Shown here: piece by piece, positions 37,276 through 46,802 of the stretch
How the letters are laid out: each line of letters starts with the position of its first letter
Position numbering within the stretch: position 1 is the stretch's first letter
UHGV virus genome: UHGV-1351408
Source: a virus
Direction: 5' to 3' (one strand)
Length of the DNA stretch: 64,000 bases
Position numbers and translations under genes: made by a program
The notes under the pieces: generated by a model
Seen by the model: only the letters and a program-made list of their open reading frames with translations
Database searches by the model: none
Told to the model about the DNA's origin: nothing

Positions 37276-38379
37276 ATGACAATACTGTACAAACAAAATA
37301 AAGACGGCTCTTTTAACGTCTGGTCGTGTGTTGCTGTAGGTGACAAAGTTATTACAACCTACGGTAAAGAAAATGGCAAGATGATGTTTGAAGAGTATAC
37401 AGCAGAACCTAAAAACATCGGTAAAAAGAATGAGCGTAACGCTGAACAGCAAGCTCTCTTTGAAGTTGCTGCAAAGTATAAAAAGCAAGTTGACCGTAAA
37501 GGTTATGCTTACACAAAAGAGTCTGCACAGAATACTGAGAAGGTAGGTGTACAGCTTGCTCATGATGCTGCAAAGGTTAGCCATGCAAAGTATCTGAAGT
37601 TCCCTGCTGATGCTCAACCGAAACTTGATGGTGTCCGTTGTAGGATTTCAAGGCACTTGAGTATTGGCAGTGTATTTACAGCATATTCTCGTGAGAATAC
37701 TGTTTACAAAATCCCTACTGAACTAATACCTGACATTATGGCAATGTTAAGGCTCCACAAAGATGTTGATGAATTTGATGGAGAGATTTATGCTCATGGG
37801 TGGGACTTAGAAGATATCGTCTCCATGATTAAAAATGAAGATAATCCTGACAGACACTTGCTCAAGTTTTACTGGTACGATATCTGTGACAGTACTAAGA
37901 CGTGGCCTGAGCGTAGAGATATTATTGAGACTTCACCATTGAATGACTTCAGAGACGGCTGTAAAGTTGTACCTGTTAAGTCTCGTCGTGTGAACTCTTG
38001 GGAAGAGTTTGATGAAGCTCATGATAAGTGGGTTGAAGCTAAGTTTGAAGGTGCAATGTACCGTTCAATCTCTGAAGAATCTTTCTACGAGTGTTGTCAC
38101 CGTTCATACTTCTTGATTAAACACAAGAAGATGCACACTGAAGAGTTTAAAGTGACTGGTGTCAAGACCGATAAACGTGGTCATGGCAAGTTCGTTGTAG
38201 AGACTCTTCCTAACGTCTTTGTAGATGTCTCATGGAAGACTACTCATGAGAAGAAACAGTATCTTGCTGAGCATCCTGAAGAGTTTATCGGGAAACCTTT
38301 AACGGTACAGTTCCAGAAGATGACTCGTAAGGGTTCTTTACAGTTCCCTGTCGGACTAGTTATTAGGGATTATGAATAA
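37276..38379 (+). CDS. ATP-dependent DNA ligase
   Basis: Adenylation motif I KLDGVRC; ~368 aa; ATG at 37276 with GAGGAA upstream (track ORF starts at 37240). Confidence 0.85.
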   Translation: MTILYKQNKDGSFNVWSCVAVGDKVITTYGKENGKMMFEEYTAEPKNIGKKNERNAEQQALFEVAAKYKKQVDRKGYAYTKESAQNTEKVGVQLAHDAAKVSHAKYLKFPADAQPKLDGVRCRISRHLSIGSVFTAYSRENTVYKIPTELIPDIMAMLRLHKDVDEFDGEIYAHGWDLEDIVSMIKNEDNPDRHLLKFYWYDICDSTKTWPERRDIIETSPLNDFRDGCKVVPVKSRRVNSWEEFDEAHDKWVEAKFEGAMYRSISEESFYECCHRSYFLIKHKKMHTEEFKVTGVKTDKRGHGKFVVETLPNVFVDVSWKTTHEKKQYLAEHPEEFIGKPLTVQFQKMTRKGSLQFPVGLVIRDYE

Positions 38380-38385
38380 AAGTTG

Positions 38386-38441
38386 TTGACATAGAAAATT
38401 TGGTGAGTATACTGAGCAGCATAAACCGACGGGTACTCACC
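38386..38441 (+). promoter_or_regulatory. Sigma70-like promoter plus stem-loop
   Basis: TTGACA (38386-38391), 16-nt spacer, TATACT (38408-38413); an 8-bp stem GGTGAGTA/TACTCACC (38402-38441) spans the -10 and the predicted start. Confidence 0.5.
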
Positions 38442-38443
38442 AG

Positions 38444-38712
38444 CATCACTTAAGAGTCTTTTAAAAGGGTTTTTAAGTGATGTCTGGTAAAGTATGGTTC
38501 TGTCCGGTAATGCGATGTATGCTATGGTTTGGTGTGGGTAGTTAGTCTCAGCTACATTAAAATGAGACTTACCTTTTTAAAAGGTCTTTAAGAGGGTCTT
38601 TTAATGAGGTGGGGTCTGGTTTGGTATGGTAATGCGAGGTATGGGTCAGGTGGGGTGAGGTGTAGTTAGGTCTGGTATGGGTGGATGGTAGTAGCCACAT
38701 TAAAAATCTACC
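38444..38712. repeat. Two tandem ~130-nt G/T-rich hairpin-bounded elements (units A and B)
   Basis: A 38444-38573: CATCACTTAA/TTAAGTGATG hairpin, C-poor GGTATGG-type run, terminal hairpin AGTCTCA/TGAGACT. B 38574-38712: CTTTTTAAAAGGTCTTTAAGAGGGTCTTTTAATGAGG head, G/T run, terminal hairpin GGTAG/CTACC. Paralogous to 39849-40114. Confidence 0.6.
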
Positions 38713-38770
38713 AAGTTTCTAAAGAGTCTTCTGTTGAGGGTTCTTTACAAACAACTTAACAATCAACTAA

Positions 38771-39376
<606 letters not shown>

Positions 39377-39378
39377 TT

Positions 39379-39819
39379 ATGAATACAAAAGCATTAGCAG
39401 CAAAGTTTAGTTACGGTGACACTGTATCACATTCTGAGATGGACACCTTCTTAGGTATTGTGAAGCCAACTTATCAAGGTGACATTGTTAAGTACGAAGA
39501 TGAAATGAAGGCTTATGCACTTACACGTCTAAACCGACTTGAGAAGTTTATTGAGAAACTTCTTAAAGAAGAGAAGATTTATCTGGTTGCTTCAATGGGT
39601 GTTGGTTATCGTGTGGTTGAACCTAAACATCAAGCAACTATTGCAAAACGTAAAATGTCTGGTAAGATTGGTCGTGCTTTAAAACAAGCCACTCAAGCAA
39701 TTGAGAATGTGAACACTATGGCACTTAGTCATCAAGAACGTTCACGACTGATTGAACAGCAAAACCATTTAGCTGCTATGAAAGCTAACATTAACAAGCA
39801 ACGTAGAAAACCTTTCTAA
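39379..39819 (+). CDS. Hypothetical protein (146 aa), second gene of the repeat-flanked cassette
   Basis: ATG 2 nt after the upstream stop; basic C-terminus (KQRRKPF); no motif recognised. Confidence 0.55.
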   Translation: MNTKALAAKFSYGDTVSHSEMDTFLGIVKPTYQGDIVKYEDEMKAYALTRLNRLEKFIEKLLKEEKIYLVASMGVGYRVVEPKHQATIAKRKMSGKIGRALKQATQAIENVNTMALSHQERSRLIEQQNHLAAMKANINKQRRKPF

Positions 39820-39828
39820 GTTGACTAG

Positions 39829-39855
39829 GTAGCCTCTTCGGAGGCTCCTTTTTAA
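39829..39855 (+). terminator. Intrinsic terminator
   Basis: AGCCUC-UUCG-GAGGCU hairpin followed by UUUUU. Confidence 0.65.
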
Positions 39856-40114
39856 AAGGTCTTTAAACAGGGTCTTTTAATGAGGTTTGTTATGGTCAGG
39901 TATGGTGTGGTGTTGTAAAGTTTGGTGCGGTCAGGTTAGGCTTGGTATGGGTAGTTAATCGAAACTACATAAAAATTCGATTACATCACTTAAGAGTCTT
40001 CTAAGAGGATTTTTAAGTGATGTCTAGTCAGGTATTGTCCGGTATGGCAAAGCATGGTTCGGTTCGGCAGGGCTTGGTATGGAAGGATGGTAGTAGCCTT
40101 ATAAAAAATCTGCC
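39849..40114. repeat. Two tandem ~130-nt G/T-rich hairpin-bounded elements (units B' and A')
   Basis: B' 39849-39982 shares the unit-B head and ends in hairpin AATCGAA/TTCGATT. A' 39983-40114 shares the ACATCACTTAA/TTAAGTGATGT hairpin and ends in hairpin GGTAG/CTGCC. Confidence 0.6.
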
Positions 40115-40133
40115 AAATAAGCTATAAAATCTG

Positions 40134-40162
40134 TTGACAAGTCAGGTGTTATAGCTTATTTT
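40134..40162 (+). promoter_or_regulatory. Putative sigma70-like promoter
   Basis: TTGACA (40134-40139), 17-nt spacer, TATTTT (40157-40162); upstream of the 40207 gene. Confidence 0.35.
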
Positions 40163-40206
40163 TATACTCAATGTAATACAAAATTTAATATAACTTTGAG
40201 GTCATT

Positions 40207-40590
40207 ATGAAAAAGATTTTATTAGCTGCTGCAATGGTTATGGCAATGAATTTACCAGTCAATGCAACAGAACTCCCAAATGTGGACTTATCAGGTGTTT
40301 CAGAAGACACTTGCCAGATTGTTAAAGGTGTTGCTCTAGCTAATGGTGAGCTACTTAAACCAATCTCTGAAGAGTCTTTGACAGAGATGACTGATAAGGT
40401 AACTGACTATCAATATCGCGTTCTTGCAGAGTATTTCCTGCAATCTGCAAATATTAAAGAGAAGCACCATGATGATATTGATGTACAGGCTATGCTCAAT
40501 CATCGTATTCAGTTTAAAGAAGATTTGATGCAAAAAGCTATGTATGGTGTTGAGTATTTCTTAGAAAACAGAAGCTGCACAGGTATTTGA
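40207..40590 (+). CDS. Secreted/periplasmic protein with signal peptide
   Basis: N-terminal MKKILLAAAMVMAMNLPVNA then TE; TGAGGT RBS. Confidence 0.5.
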   Translation: MKKILLAAAMVMAMNLPVNATELPNVDLSGVSEDTCQIVKGVALANGELLKPISEESLTEMTDKVTDYQYRVLAEYFLQSANIKEKHHDDIDVQAMLNHRIQFKEDLMQKAMYGVEYFLENRSCTGI

Positions 40591-40591
40591 T

Positions 40592-40804
40592 ATGGCTCTT
40601 AAAAAGTTACATCCCCGAAGCGGTTATGGTAAGATAATTGACGATACAGATGGCTTTACAGTCTTTACAGTTATCTGTCAAGATGATTCACAGATTGAAA
40701 AGGCTCTTGATGATTACCTTAACGATGAACGTGAAAAGGTTAGAGCTACAAACATAGATTCATTGATTGACACTTCACGTAAACGGAAGAAGAAAGATGA
40801 ATGA
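40592..40804 (+). CDS. Hypothetical early protein (70 aa)
   Basis: AGGTA RBS; lysine-rich C-terminus. Confidence 0.45.
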   Translation: MALKKLHPRSGYGKIIDDTDGFTVFTVICQDDSQIEKALDDYLNDEREKVRATNIDSLIDTSRKRKKKDE

Positions 40805-41096
40805 AGTTTTTGACCCTTATGCTCCACAAGATGATTGGGAGGCTGACAGAGAGGCTGAAATGGAGAGTTATGTTTGTCCAATGGATGTAGACGAAATGAG
40901 AGACTTCGTTGCACACCGTTTTAAGAAAGAGATTAAATCCAGAGGTCTTTCTCAAGAGCAAGTTGCTAAAATTTGTGGTATCTCTCAGGCTCGCGTATCC
41001 AACATAATTAATCTCACTGGTAATGTCTCTCTTGAGTTTATGTTGGAAGTATGTGAAAAATTTGGTGTTAATTTTAATTTAAGGCTGGCAGATTAA
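40797..41096 (+). CDS. Helix-turn-helix (XRE-like) DNA-binding protein
   Basis: HTH signature LSQEQVAKICGISQARVSNIIN; ATG at 40797 overlaps the upstream stop (track ORF starts at 40767). Confidence 0.55.
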   Translation: MNEVFDPYAPQDDWEADREAEMESYVCPMDVDEMRDFVAHRFKKEIKSRGLSQEQVAKICGISQARVSNIINLTGNVSLEFMLEVCEKFGVNFNLRLAD

Positions 41097-41097
41097 T

Positions 41098-41457
41098 ATG
41101 AAACGTGAAAACATTATCCACTCTGAAAACTTCGCATTAGGTTTTTATGGTGTACCGACTCACCTTGAAAAGTATTATGGTGTGAAGATTCTTTCCAATC
41201 TCATTATGGCTTACAAAGATGGTAAGATTAAGCATACTGAGAAGAAACGTGTCATGGGTTATATGGCTGTAGGTTCAGCAATCTCAAACATTAAGCTGGA
41301 AACAACTAGCAGCCAGATTGTGAAAGACCACTTCATCAAAGAGCTTTACCAGAATCTTGACGGTGTAGATGTTCAGGCTGTTTGGTTGGATGTTGATGGT
41401 CACAACTACACAAGTTTTGTTTTCAAAAATGATGACATTAAGTGTCTGTTCCCATAA
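41098..41457 (+). CDS. Hypothetical protein (119 aa)
   Basis: ORF with ATG start. Confidence 0.45.
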   Translation: MKRENIIHSENFALGFYGVPTHLEKYYGVKILSNLIMAYKDGKIKHTEKKRVMGYMAVGSAISNIKLETTSSQIVKDHFIKELYQNLDGVDVQAVWLDVDGHNYTSFVFKNDDIKCLFP

Positions 41458-41470
41458 TAGGTGATTAACT

Positions 41471-41986
41471 ATGATTGATATCTACTTACAAGATGCTCAT
41501 GCAGACTTCCTTAAAGTGATGCTTAAAAAGTTTATGGCTTCACAGTATGAGAATGAAGCATCTTTTAAAATAGTTACATGTGGCGACGAAGCTGGTTTTG
41601 TTGAGATTGAACATGAAGGTACTGGAAAGACTGTTTGTAAGTTACCTGATAGCATGTTCTCTCCTGTGTTCTTAACAAAGACTAGTATAAATGTTAAGCT
41701 TGTACCTCAGATTGAAACATACTCTGGTACAGATTACCCTAAAGGCTTTAAGTCACTGATGAAGTACTTCTTAGATGACTTTGTGAGTAATCTTCTGAGA
41801 GAGGTAAAAGAAAGCCGCACAGTGTTGACTGTAGAGAATATGGGTGGCGCTATTAGAGTTACTTCTGACTGCTTTGTTATGAGCCTCTTCGACTTCGTTC
41901 CTAAGAACTTTGATGGTATTCTGGATGAAGAAGATGATTGTGTAGACTTTATATTGGTTCTTGAACCAGTTTTTGAGGTTAAATAA
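41471..41986 (+). CDS. Hypothetical protein (171 aa)
   Basis: AGGTGA RBS. Confidence 0.5.
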   Translation: MIDIYLQDAHADFLKVMLKKFMASQYENEASFKIVTCGDEAGFVEIEHEGTGKTVCKLPDSMFSPVFLTKTSINVKLVPQIETYSGTDYPKGFKSLMKYFLDDFVSNLLREVKESRTVLTVENMGGAIRVTSDCFVMSLFDFVPKNFDGILDEEDDCVDFILVLEPVFEVK

Positions 41987-42247
41987 ATGAAAATTGAACA
42001 CTGTTATGAGTCTGATGGGACACCTATCCGATGCCCACATTGTGGATGTACAGACTTGCAAGGTGAAGTTCATGTGATTGTTAATGGTAACATAGCTGAA
42101 GAGAGTACTACATGTGTTGGTTGCGGTGAGCATCTATCATTCTGGGCTTATGGTTCATACCAACCTACACCACACTTAATCTACCACAGCAATAAAGCTG
42201 TGAAGAGTGTTATCAACTGGTTCATTAATAAAGGGTTTATAAAATGA
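41987..42247 (+). CDS. Small zinc-ribbon protein
   Basis: CPHCGC ... CVGCGEH cysteine pairs. Confidence 0.45.
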   Translation: MKIEHCYESDGTPIRCPHCGCTDLQGEVHVIVNGNIAEESTTCVGCGEHLSFWAYGSYQPTPHLIYHSNKAVKSVINWFINKGFIK

Positions 42248-42789
42248 TTAAATTAATCTTCGCAAGTGGTGAAAATGGTGAATTTGGTACTCCAACTGGT
42301 ATGCCGTGGCCTCGACATAAACAGGATATGCAAGAGTTTAAGAGGCTCACTAAAAACAACTTAGTAGTGATGGGTAATGAGACTTTTAAGACTCTGGGGA
42401 GTAAACCTTTACCAGAACGTGCAAACCTAATCTTAACAAATTCTGTACCATATTTAGGCATAGACTTTGGCAAAGATGATATAATGTATGCTAAGGCCAC
42501 TAAAGAGTCATTTGGAGCATTTTTGAAGTATCTTGATAGCTCTATTGATGAAGATGTCTTTGTAATTGGTGGTGCAGGTGTTCTTGTTAATGCTTTACCG
42601 TATGCTGATGTAGTGTTCCATACAGTTTTCCATAAAGTTACTGAAGAGGTCACTGTGTATTTACCTTTTGAAAACTTCTTCGATAAACTGTATGATAACC
42701 GTGTATTTGCAAAGGTGCAGTCAAGACCCTCAGATGATGGTAAAGCAACCTTTGAAATCTATGTTCCACAAGTAAAAGGCCACTTTTGA
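42244..42789 (+). CDS. frd: Dihydrofolate reductase
   Basis: N-terminal MIKLIFA ... GMPWP ... and LVVMGNETFKTLG match DHFR signatures; immediately upstream of thymidylate synthase. Confidence 0.8.
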   Translation: MIKLIFASGENGEFGTPTGMPWPRHKQDMQEFKRLTKNNLVVMGNETFKTLGSKPLPERANLILTNSVPYLGIDFGKDDIMYAKATKESFGAFLKYLDSSIDEDVFVIGGAGVLVNALPYADVVFHTVFHKVTEEVTVYLPFENFFDKLYDNRVFAKVQSRPSDDGKATFEIYVPQVKGHF

Positions 42790-42790
42790 T

Positions 42791-43690
42791 ATGTCACAAG
42801 CTGATTTGAGTTACAAAAATATCCTGAACCATGTTTTATCCGTTGGTGAACTGCGTACTACACGAACTGGAGATGTTATCTCTGCATTTGCTCCACCACA
42901 ATTTCGTTTTGATATGCGTACTGGTTTCCCACTCTTAACATCTAAACAGGTGTTTACACGGCAAGTTATTGGGGAAGCTTTATGGTTCCTGAATGGTGAG
43001 AATAAACTTGGTGAACTTCGTTACCGTACTTGGGGTGAAAATGATGGGGAACGCTGGACTATCTGGTCAGATGATTTTAAACGCTGGTTGAGTTCTAATT
43101 ATTCTTCTGAACAAGACTGGTTAGAGGATGCAGGTGGGAGAATCTACGGAGTTCAGTGGAGAAACTTTGAAGGTCATAATGGTTGTGTTGTAGACCAGTT
43201 AGAAACCTTAGTAACGAAGATGAAGGGTGATATCACAGACCGTTACATGCTTGTTAATGCTTGGAATGCAGCAGATATTGCAGCAAACTCAATGGCTCTA
43301 GCACCTTGTCATGTTCTGTTTCAGATTTATATTACTAACGAGGGTGAAGTTGACTTACAATGGTATCAGCGTTCAGTAGACACCTTTTTAGGACTTCCGT
43401 TTAATATTGCATCTTATGGTTTTATTCTGGAAGTTCTTTGTAAGATGACTGGATACACTCCACGGTACTTGATAGGTGTCTTTGGGGATACTCAGATTTA
43501 TCAGAATCATATGAAGCAGGTTTATGAACTGATGAACAATGAAGAGTTCCATGCACCAACTTTTGAGATTGGTATCCCACTTAACACTTTAAGTGACTTA
43601 AAACACCTCACTGCAAGTGACTTTATCGGTGGTATTAACAATTACCAACATGCAGGAAAGATTGAAGCACCTTTGTCAGTAGGTAAATAA
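42791..43690 (+). CDS. thyA: Thymidylate synthase (ThyA family)
   Basis: Catalytic LAPCH, then QWYQRSVDTFLGLPFNIASY and GDTQIYQNH. Confidence 0.8.
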   Translation: MSQADLSYKNILNHVLSVGELRTTRTGDVISAFAPPQFRFDMRTGFPLLTSKQVFTRQVIGEALWFLNGENKLGELRYRTWGENDGERWTIWSDDFKRWLSSNYSSEQDWLEDAGGRIYGVQWRNFEGHNGCVVDQLETLVTKMKGDITDRYMLVNAWNAADIAANSMALAPCHVLFQIYITNEGEVDLQWYQRSVDTFLGLPFNIASYGFILEVLCKMTGYTPRYLIGVFGDTQIYQNHMKQVYELMNNEEFHAPTFEIGIPLNTLSDLKHLTASDFIGGINNYQHAGKIEAPLSVGK

Positions 43691-43694
43691 AACA

Positions 43695-43725
43695 AAAAAG
43701 GCTCCCGTAAAAAGGAGCCTTAAAC
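43695..43725. terminator. Bidirectional intrinsic terminator at the convergence of the plus and minus blocks
   Basis: GGCTCC-CGTAAAAA-GGAGCC hairpin (43700-43719) flanked by an A-run on one side and T-rich sequence on the other. Confidence 0.65.
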
Positions 43726-43726
43726 T

Positions 43727-44098
43727 TTACTTTTCAGTATTCTTTGTGTTCTTTTCAGTAATAGCTTGGAGGGCTGATACTGATTGAGCCAGATTGTTCA
43801 CACTATCAGAGAATTTATCAAGAGTCTTAGTAAGTTTTGCGTTCTCACCCTTAACATTCTCTAACTGGACTTTCTGGTTCTCCATCCCTAGCTGAAGCAG
43901 CCTCATATCAGACTGTAAATCACGAATAGCTGAATAATTACTTTTGGAATAATTATCTAACTGCTGTAACTTTGTTGTGATAGACACTTCTTGCTTACCA
44001 TCCGAGACTTGCATGGTGGTATACATACCAATAACACTAAAAATACCAACTACAATTGCACCAATATTATTTTTAAAAGCTTCCTCTAGCCACTTCAT
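43727..44098 (-). CDS. Membrane-anchored coiled-coil protein
   Basis: One N-terminal transmembrane helix (IGAIVVGIFSVIGMY), then a long helix-prone domain. Confidence 0.4.
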   Translation of the reverse strand: MKWLEEAFKNNIGAIVVGIFSVIGMYTTMQVSDGKQEVSITTKLQQLDNYSKSNYSAIRDLQSDMRLLQLGMENQKVQLENVKGENAKLTKTLDKFSDSVNNLAQSVSALQAITEKNTKNTEK

Positions 44099-44292
44099 TT
44101 ATTCTCCCCCTTAAAAGCTTTTTCTAAGTTATCTACGAACTCATCATCAATAGGTGTGTCTGTTTTACTCGCAAGGTATCTTGCAAGCCTAAAGAACACT
44201 TTCTCAATCATGTATTCACTTAGAAGGGATAAAATGAGTTTCCAGAAGAAGCTACCTAGATTTTTTAGAAGAATTGCTAGGATTGTAGGCAT
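44095..44292 (-). CDS. Small membrane protein (holin-like, speculative)
   Basis: 65 aa, one hydrophobic helix, charged C-terminus; overlaps the downstream gene. Confidence 0.35.
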   Translation of the reverse strand: MPTILAILLKNLGSFFWKLILSLLSEYMIEKVFFRLARYLASKTDTPIDDEFVDNLEKAFKGENK

Positions 44293-44371
44293 TTAATCAC
44301 CTCATCAGCCAAGATGGTGAGAATACCCATAAAAAATATTAACACCATCTTAACAATCAGTCAACAAGGGA

Positions 44372-46756
44372 TTAAGCAGTTCTTACCCAAGCCATTAACT
44401 TGTAGAACTGGTTAGTAACACTAAATGCCGAACCAGAACCTGTACTACCAGTATTACCACTAACTGTGTGGCTGTGAGCACCAATGCCTACAGAGTGGGA
44501 ATGGTTACCAGCACCACTTGTAGTACCAGACCATGTGTGTGTATGGTTACCAGTTGTGTTAGTGTTAGGGAACTTGTTATCAGTTCTGTCAAGCCAGTCA
44601 AGAGTTCTTGTCTTATTGTTACCAATAGTGGTATATCCGTACTGAGCATCACCACCATTAACCAATAGCAGACCTAAGTGGTGAGCGTGGTTACCAGCAG
44701 CACTTGTTGTACCACTTACAGAGTGAGTATGACCACCAGTGCTATTAGTACCCTTCGTACCATAATCAAAAGATGAAGTGGTAGCAGAGAAACTGTGAGT
44801 GTGTGATGGTAAGTTACCAACAGCTAACGTTACAGAATCTGAACCACCAGTTGTAGCAACATCTGAACCATTTGCTGCTGCGATTCTGATAGTTCTACCA
44901 ACACCATTGTTCAGGTATGTCCAAGTTAGACCAGGAAGTGCTGTATTAGGGTTAACATTACTGTTAAACCACGTTACAATACCAACTGGGTAGATTTTAT
45001 TAAGGTCTGTAGAGTCACTTACTGCCTGTGCAATCTTCTGGTCAGTCTCAGCTTTAGTGTATGCACCGATATCTGAAGGGGTTGGTTTAAAATCAGTTGT
45101 GTAAAGCTGTGCCTCTCCGGCATAGTCACCATTTTTGTCATAGGCATAGGTGAATGTTGCCAAACCATTTGAACCGTATACAAAAGAGATACCCCTTGCA
45201 TGTGCAGCAGACTTATTAGAGTGAGCAACATGAATTGCCAACTCTTTCAGACCACTAGTCACACTGTTGTTTCTGACAAAACCTGAATACCCAAGATTAA
45301 ATGCTGAAGGGTTTTCAAGATTATCTACAGATACAGTCATCAAGGATTGATTTAATAACTGAGTCTTAACAAAGTATCTAGCATCTAAGTTAGACCAATC
45401 AGATGGCTGAACTTGACCAGTAATGGTTAGATTCTTATTAGCCTTAATCACTGAAGTCCCAAGAGTAATTTGAGTGCCAGAGAAACTATTGTTTAAGGCT
45501 ACATCAGTAGAATTTGTGCCACCCACACCTACCCACCATCTAGATACATTCGCAGTATCAACACCACGGATATATTGTGGCTGCCCCTGTGTTAAGTTCC
45601 TTAATACTACGCCTTCATTATTTGATACAATAGTTTGCACATTCACAAATGTGTTAGCAACATTAAGTTTAGGTAGGTTACTCAAAGTTGCGGCTGGGAT
45701 GTATCTAGAGTCAATGTTAGCCCAATCTGAAGGTTGAACTTGACCACCAATTTGGACTGTTCTGCTCATGGTAATGGTGTTACCTAGTGAGATTTGTGTT
45801 CTTGCTAAATAGTTATAGATGTTTACAATGTTCTCATCACCGTCATTACCAATGTACCACTTATTAGTTCCATCTGATTTTCTTGCTTGGATATACAAAG
45901 CAGCAGTTGTATCTACATTTTGCAGAGTAATAGCATTAGCATTCTTCTTAACAACAAAATTAGTGAAAATATTAGAGCCACTAAATGTGTTATTACCAGC
46001 TAACTGTGCAAATCTCTGGTTAGCTTCTGTTTGAGTAAAATATCTAGCATCCAAGTTAGCAAAACTTGATGGCTGAACTTGACCAGCAATTTGAAGAGTC
46101 CTGTTGACTGTTACTAAATTTCCCAAAATAGCAATTGAAACGTCAGTCTTGACATTCTTTAACACAAGGTTGTCTGTGCCTTTATTATCATTACCTAGAT
46201 ACCACCTGTTAGTACCGTCTGCATCTTGACCACGAATATATAGCGGCATTCCTTGTGTAATGTTCTTAACAATAAGAGCTTCATTATCAGAGAGGATAGC
46301 TTGAGTACCTCTAAATGTGTTATTTACAGCTAATCTTGCATATCTTGCATCATTCTCTTCATTAGTTCTCATCCCAAGTTCATTAGGACTTGGTTTATTC
46401 AGAGTATGGTAAACAGTTGCTGACCTTGAAGCATCTGCAATAGTTAGCTTAAGACCATTTGAGTTGATTTTAAAAGACTTTAAAACATCTCCGATATTAA
46501 TCTCAGAAGAGCCTGTTGGGTCAAATACTGTCTTACCACCATAAAGTAACTTAACAATTCCTAAGTCACCTGCCATAGTGCTACCAGCAATCTGAACAAA
46601 TCTCTCAAGTTTAAAAGATGCTAAGAAGTCTTGATAGGTCATTCGACGGTCTTCATCACCCAGCATTTCAGGTCTCTTTTTAACTCTGACATGAAGAAGG
46701 TCATCTGAACGGATTGTGTCGATTGAGTTTAATTCACTCAACTTGTAATCTGCCAT
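44372..46756 (-). CDS. Tail fiber protein (long) with His-rich HxH-repeat C-terminal tip
   Basis: 794 aa, Thr/Asn/Gly-rich; C-terminal [44 protein letters not shown] repeats; follows the baseplate genes. Confidence 0.7.
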   Translation of the reverse strand: MADYKLSELNSIDTIRSDDLLHVRVKKRPEMLGDEDRRMTYQDFLASFKLERFVQIAGSTMAGDLGIVKLLYGGKTVFDPTGSSEINIGDVLKSFKINSNGLKLTIADASRSATVYHTLNKPSPNELGMRTNEENDARYARLAVNNTFRGTQAILSDNEALIVKNITQGMPLYIRGQDADGTNRWYLGNDNKGTDNLVLKNVKTDVSIAILGNLVTVNRTLQIAGQVQPSSFANLDARYFTQTEANQRFAQLAGNNTFSGSNIFTNFVVKKNANAITLQNVDTTAALYIQARKSDGTNKWYIGNDGDENIVNIYNYLARTQISLGNTITMSRTVQIGGQVQPSDWANIDSRYIPAATLSNLPKLNVANTFVNVQTIVSNNEGVVLRNLTQGQPQYIRGVDTANVSRWWVGVGGTNSTDVALNNSFSGTQITLGTSVIKANKNLTITGQVQPSDWSNLDARYFVKTQLLNQSLMTVSVDNLENPSAFNLGYSGFVRNNSVTSGLKELAIHVAHSNKSAAHARGISFVYGSNGLATFTYAYDKNGDYAGEAQLYTTDFKPTPSDIGAYTKAETDQKIAQAVSDSTDLNKIYPVGIVTWFNSNVNPNTALPGLTWTYLNNGVGRTIRIAAANGSDVATTGGSDSVTLAVGNLPSHTHSFSATTSSFDYGTKGTNSTGGHTHSVSGTTSAAGNHAHHLGLLLVNGGDAQYGYTTIGNNKTRTLDWLDRTDNKFPNTNTTGNHTHTWSGTTSGAGNHSHSVGIGAHSHTVSGNTGSTGSGSAFSVTNQFYKLMAWVRTA

Positions 46757-46769
46757 TATAAATTTTCCT

Positions 46770-46800
46770 CTTAAAAGGGGCTATAAAGCCCCTGTAAAGA
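46770..46800 (-). terminator. Stem-loop between the two tail-fiber genes
   Basis: GGGGCT-loop-AGCCCC hairpin followed by UUUU and the RBS AAGAGGAAAA. Confidence 0.4.
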
Positions 46801-46802
46801 AA

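Noticed and set aside
37144-37617. 157-aa minus-strand ORF
   Set aside because: Antisense to the ligase 5' region and the small zinc-binding gene, with no RBS; rejected in favour of the plus-strand genes.
42237-42653. 138-aa minus-strand ORF (and 41771..42133)
   Set aside because: Antisense to the DHFR gene and neighbouring plus-strand genes, which have clear RBSs and motifs.
42791-43690. Thymidylate synthase homologue as a possible dUMP/dCMP hydroxymethylase (DNA hypermodification)
   Set aside because: The protein keeps the TS-type LAPCH and FLGLPFNIASY motifs and sits next to DHFR, consistent with ordinary thymidylate synthesis; no glucosyltransferase or other modification genes seen. Cannot be fully excluded without alignment.
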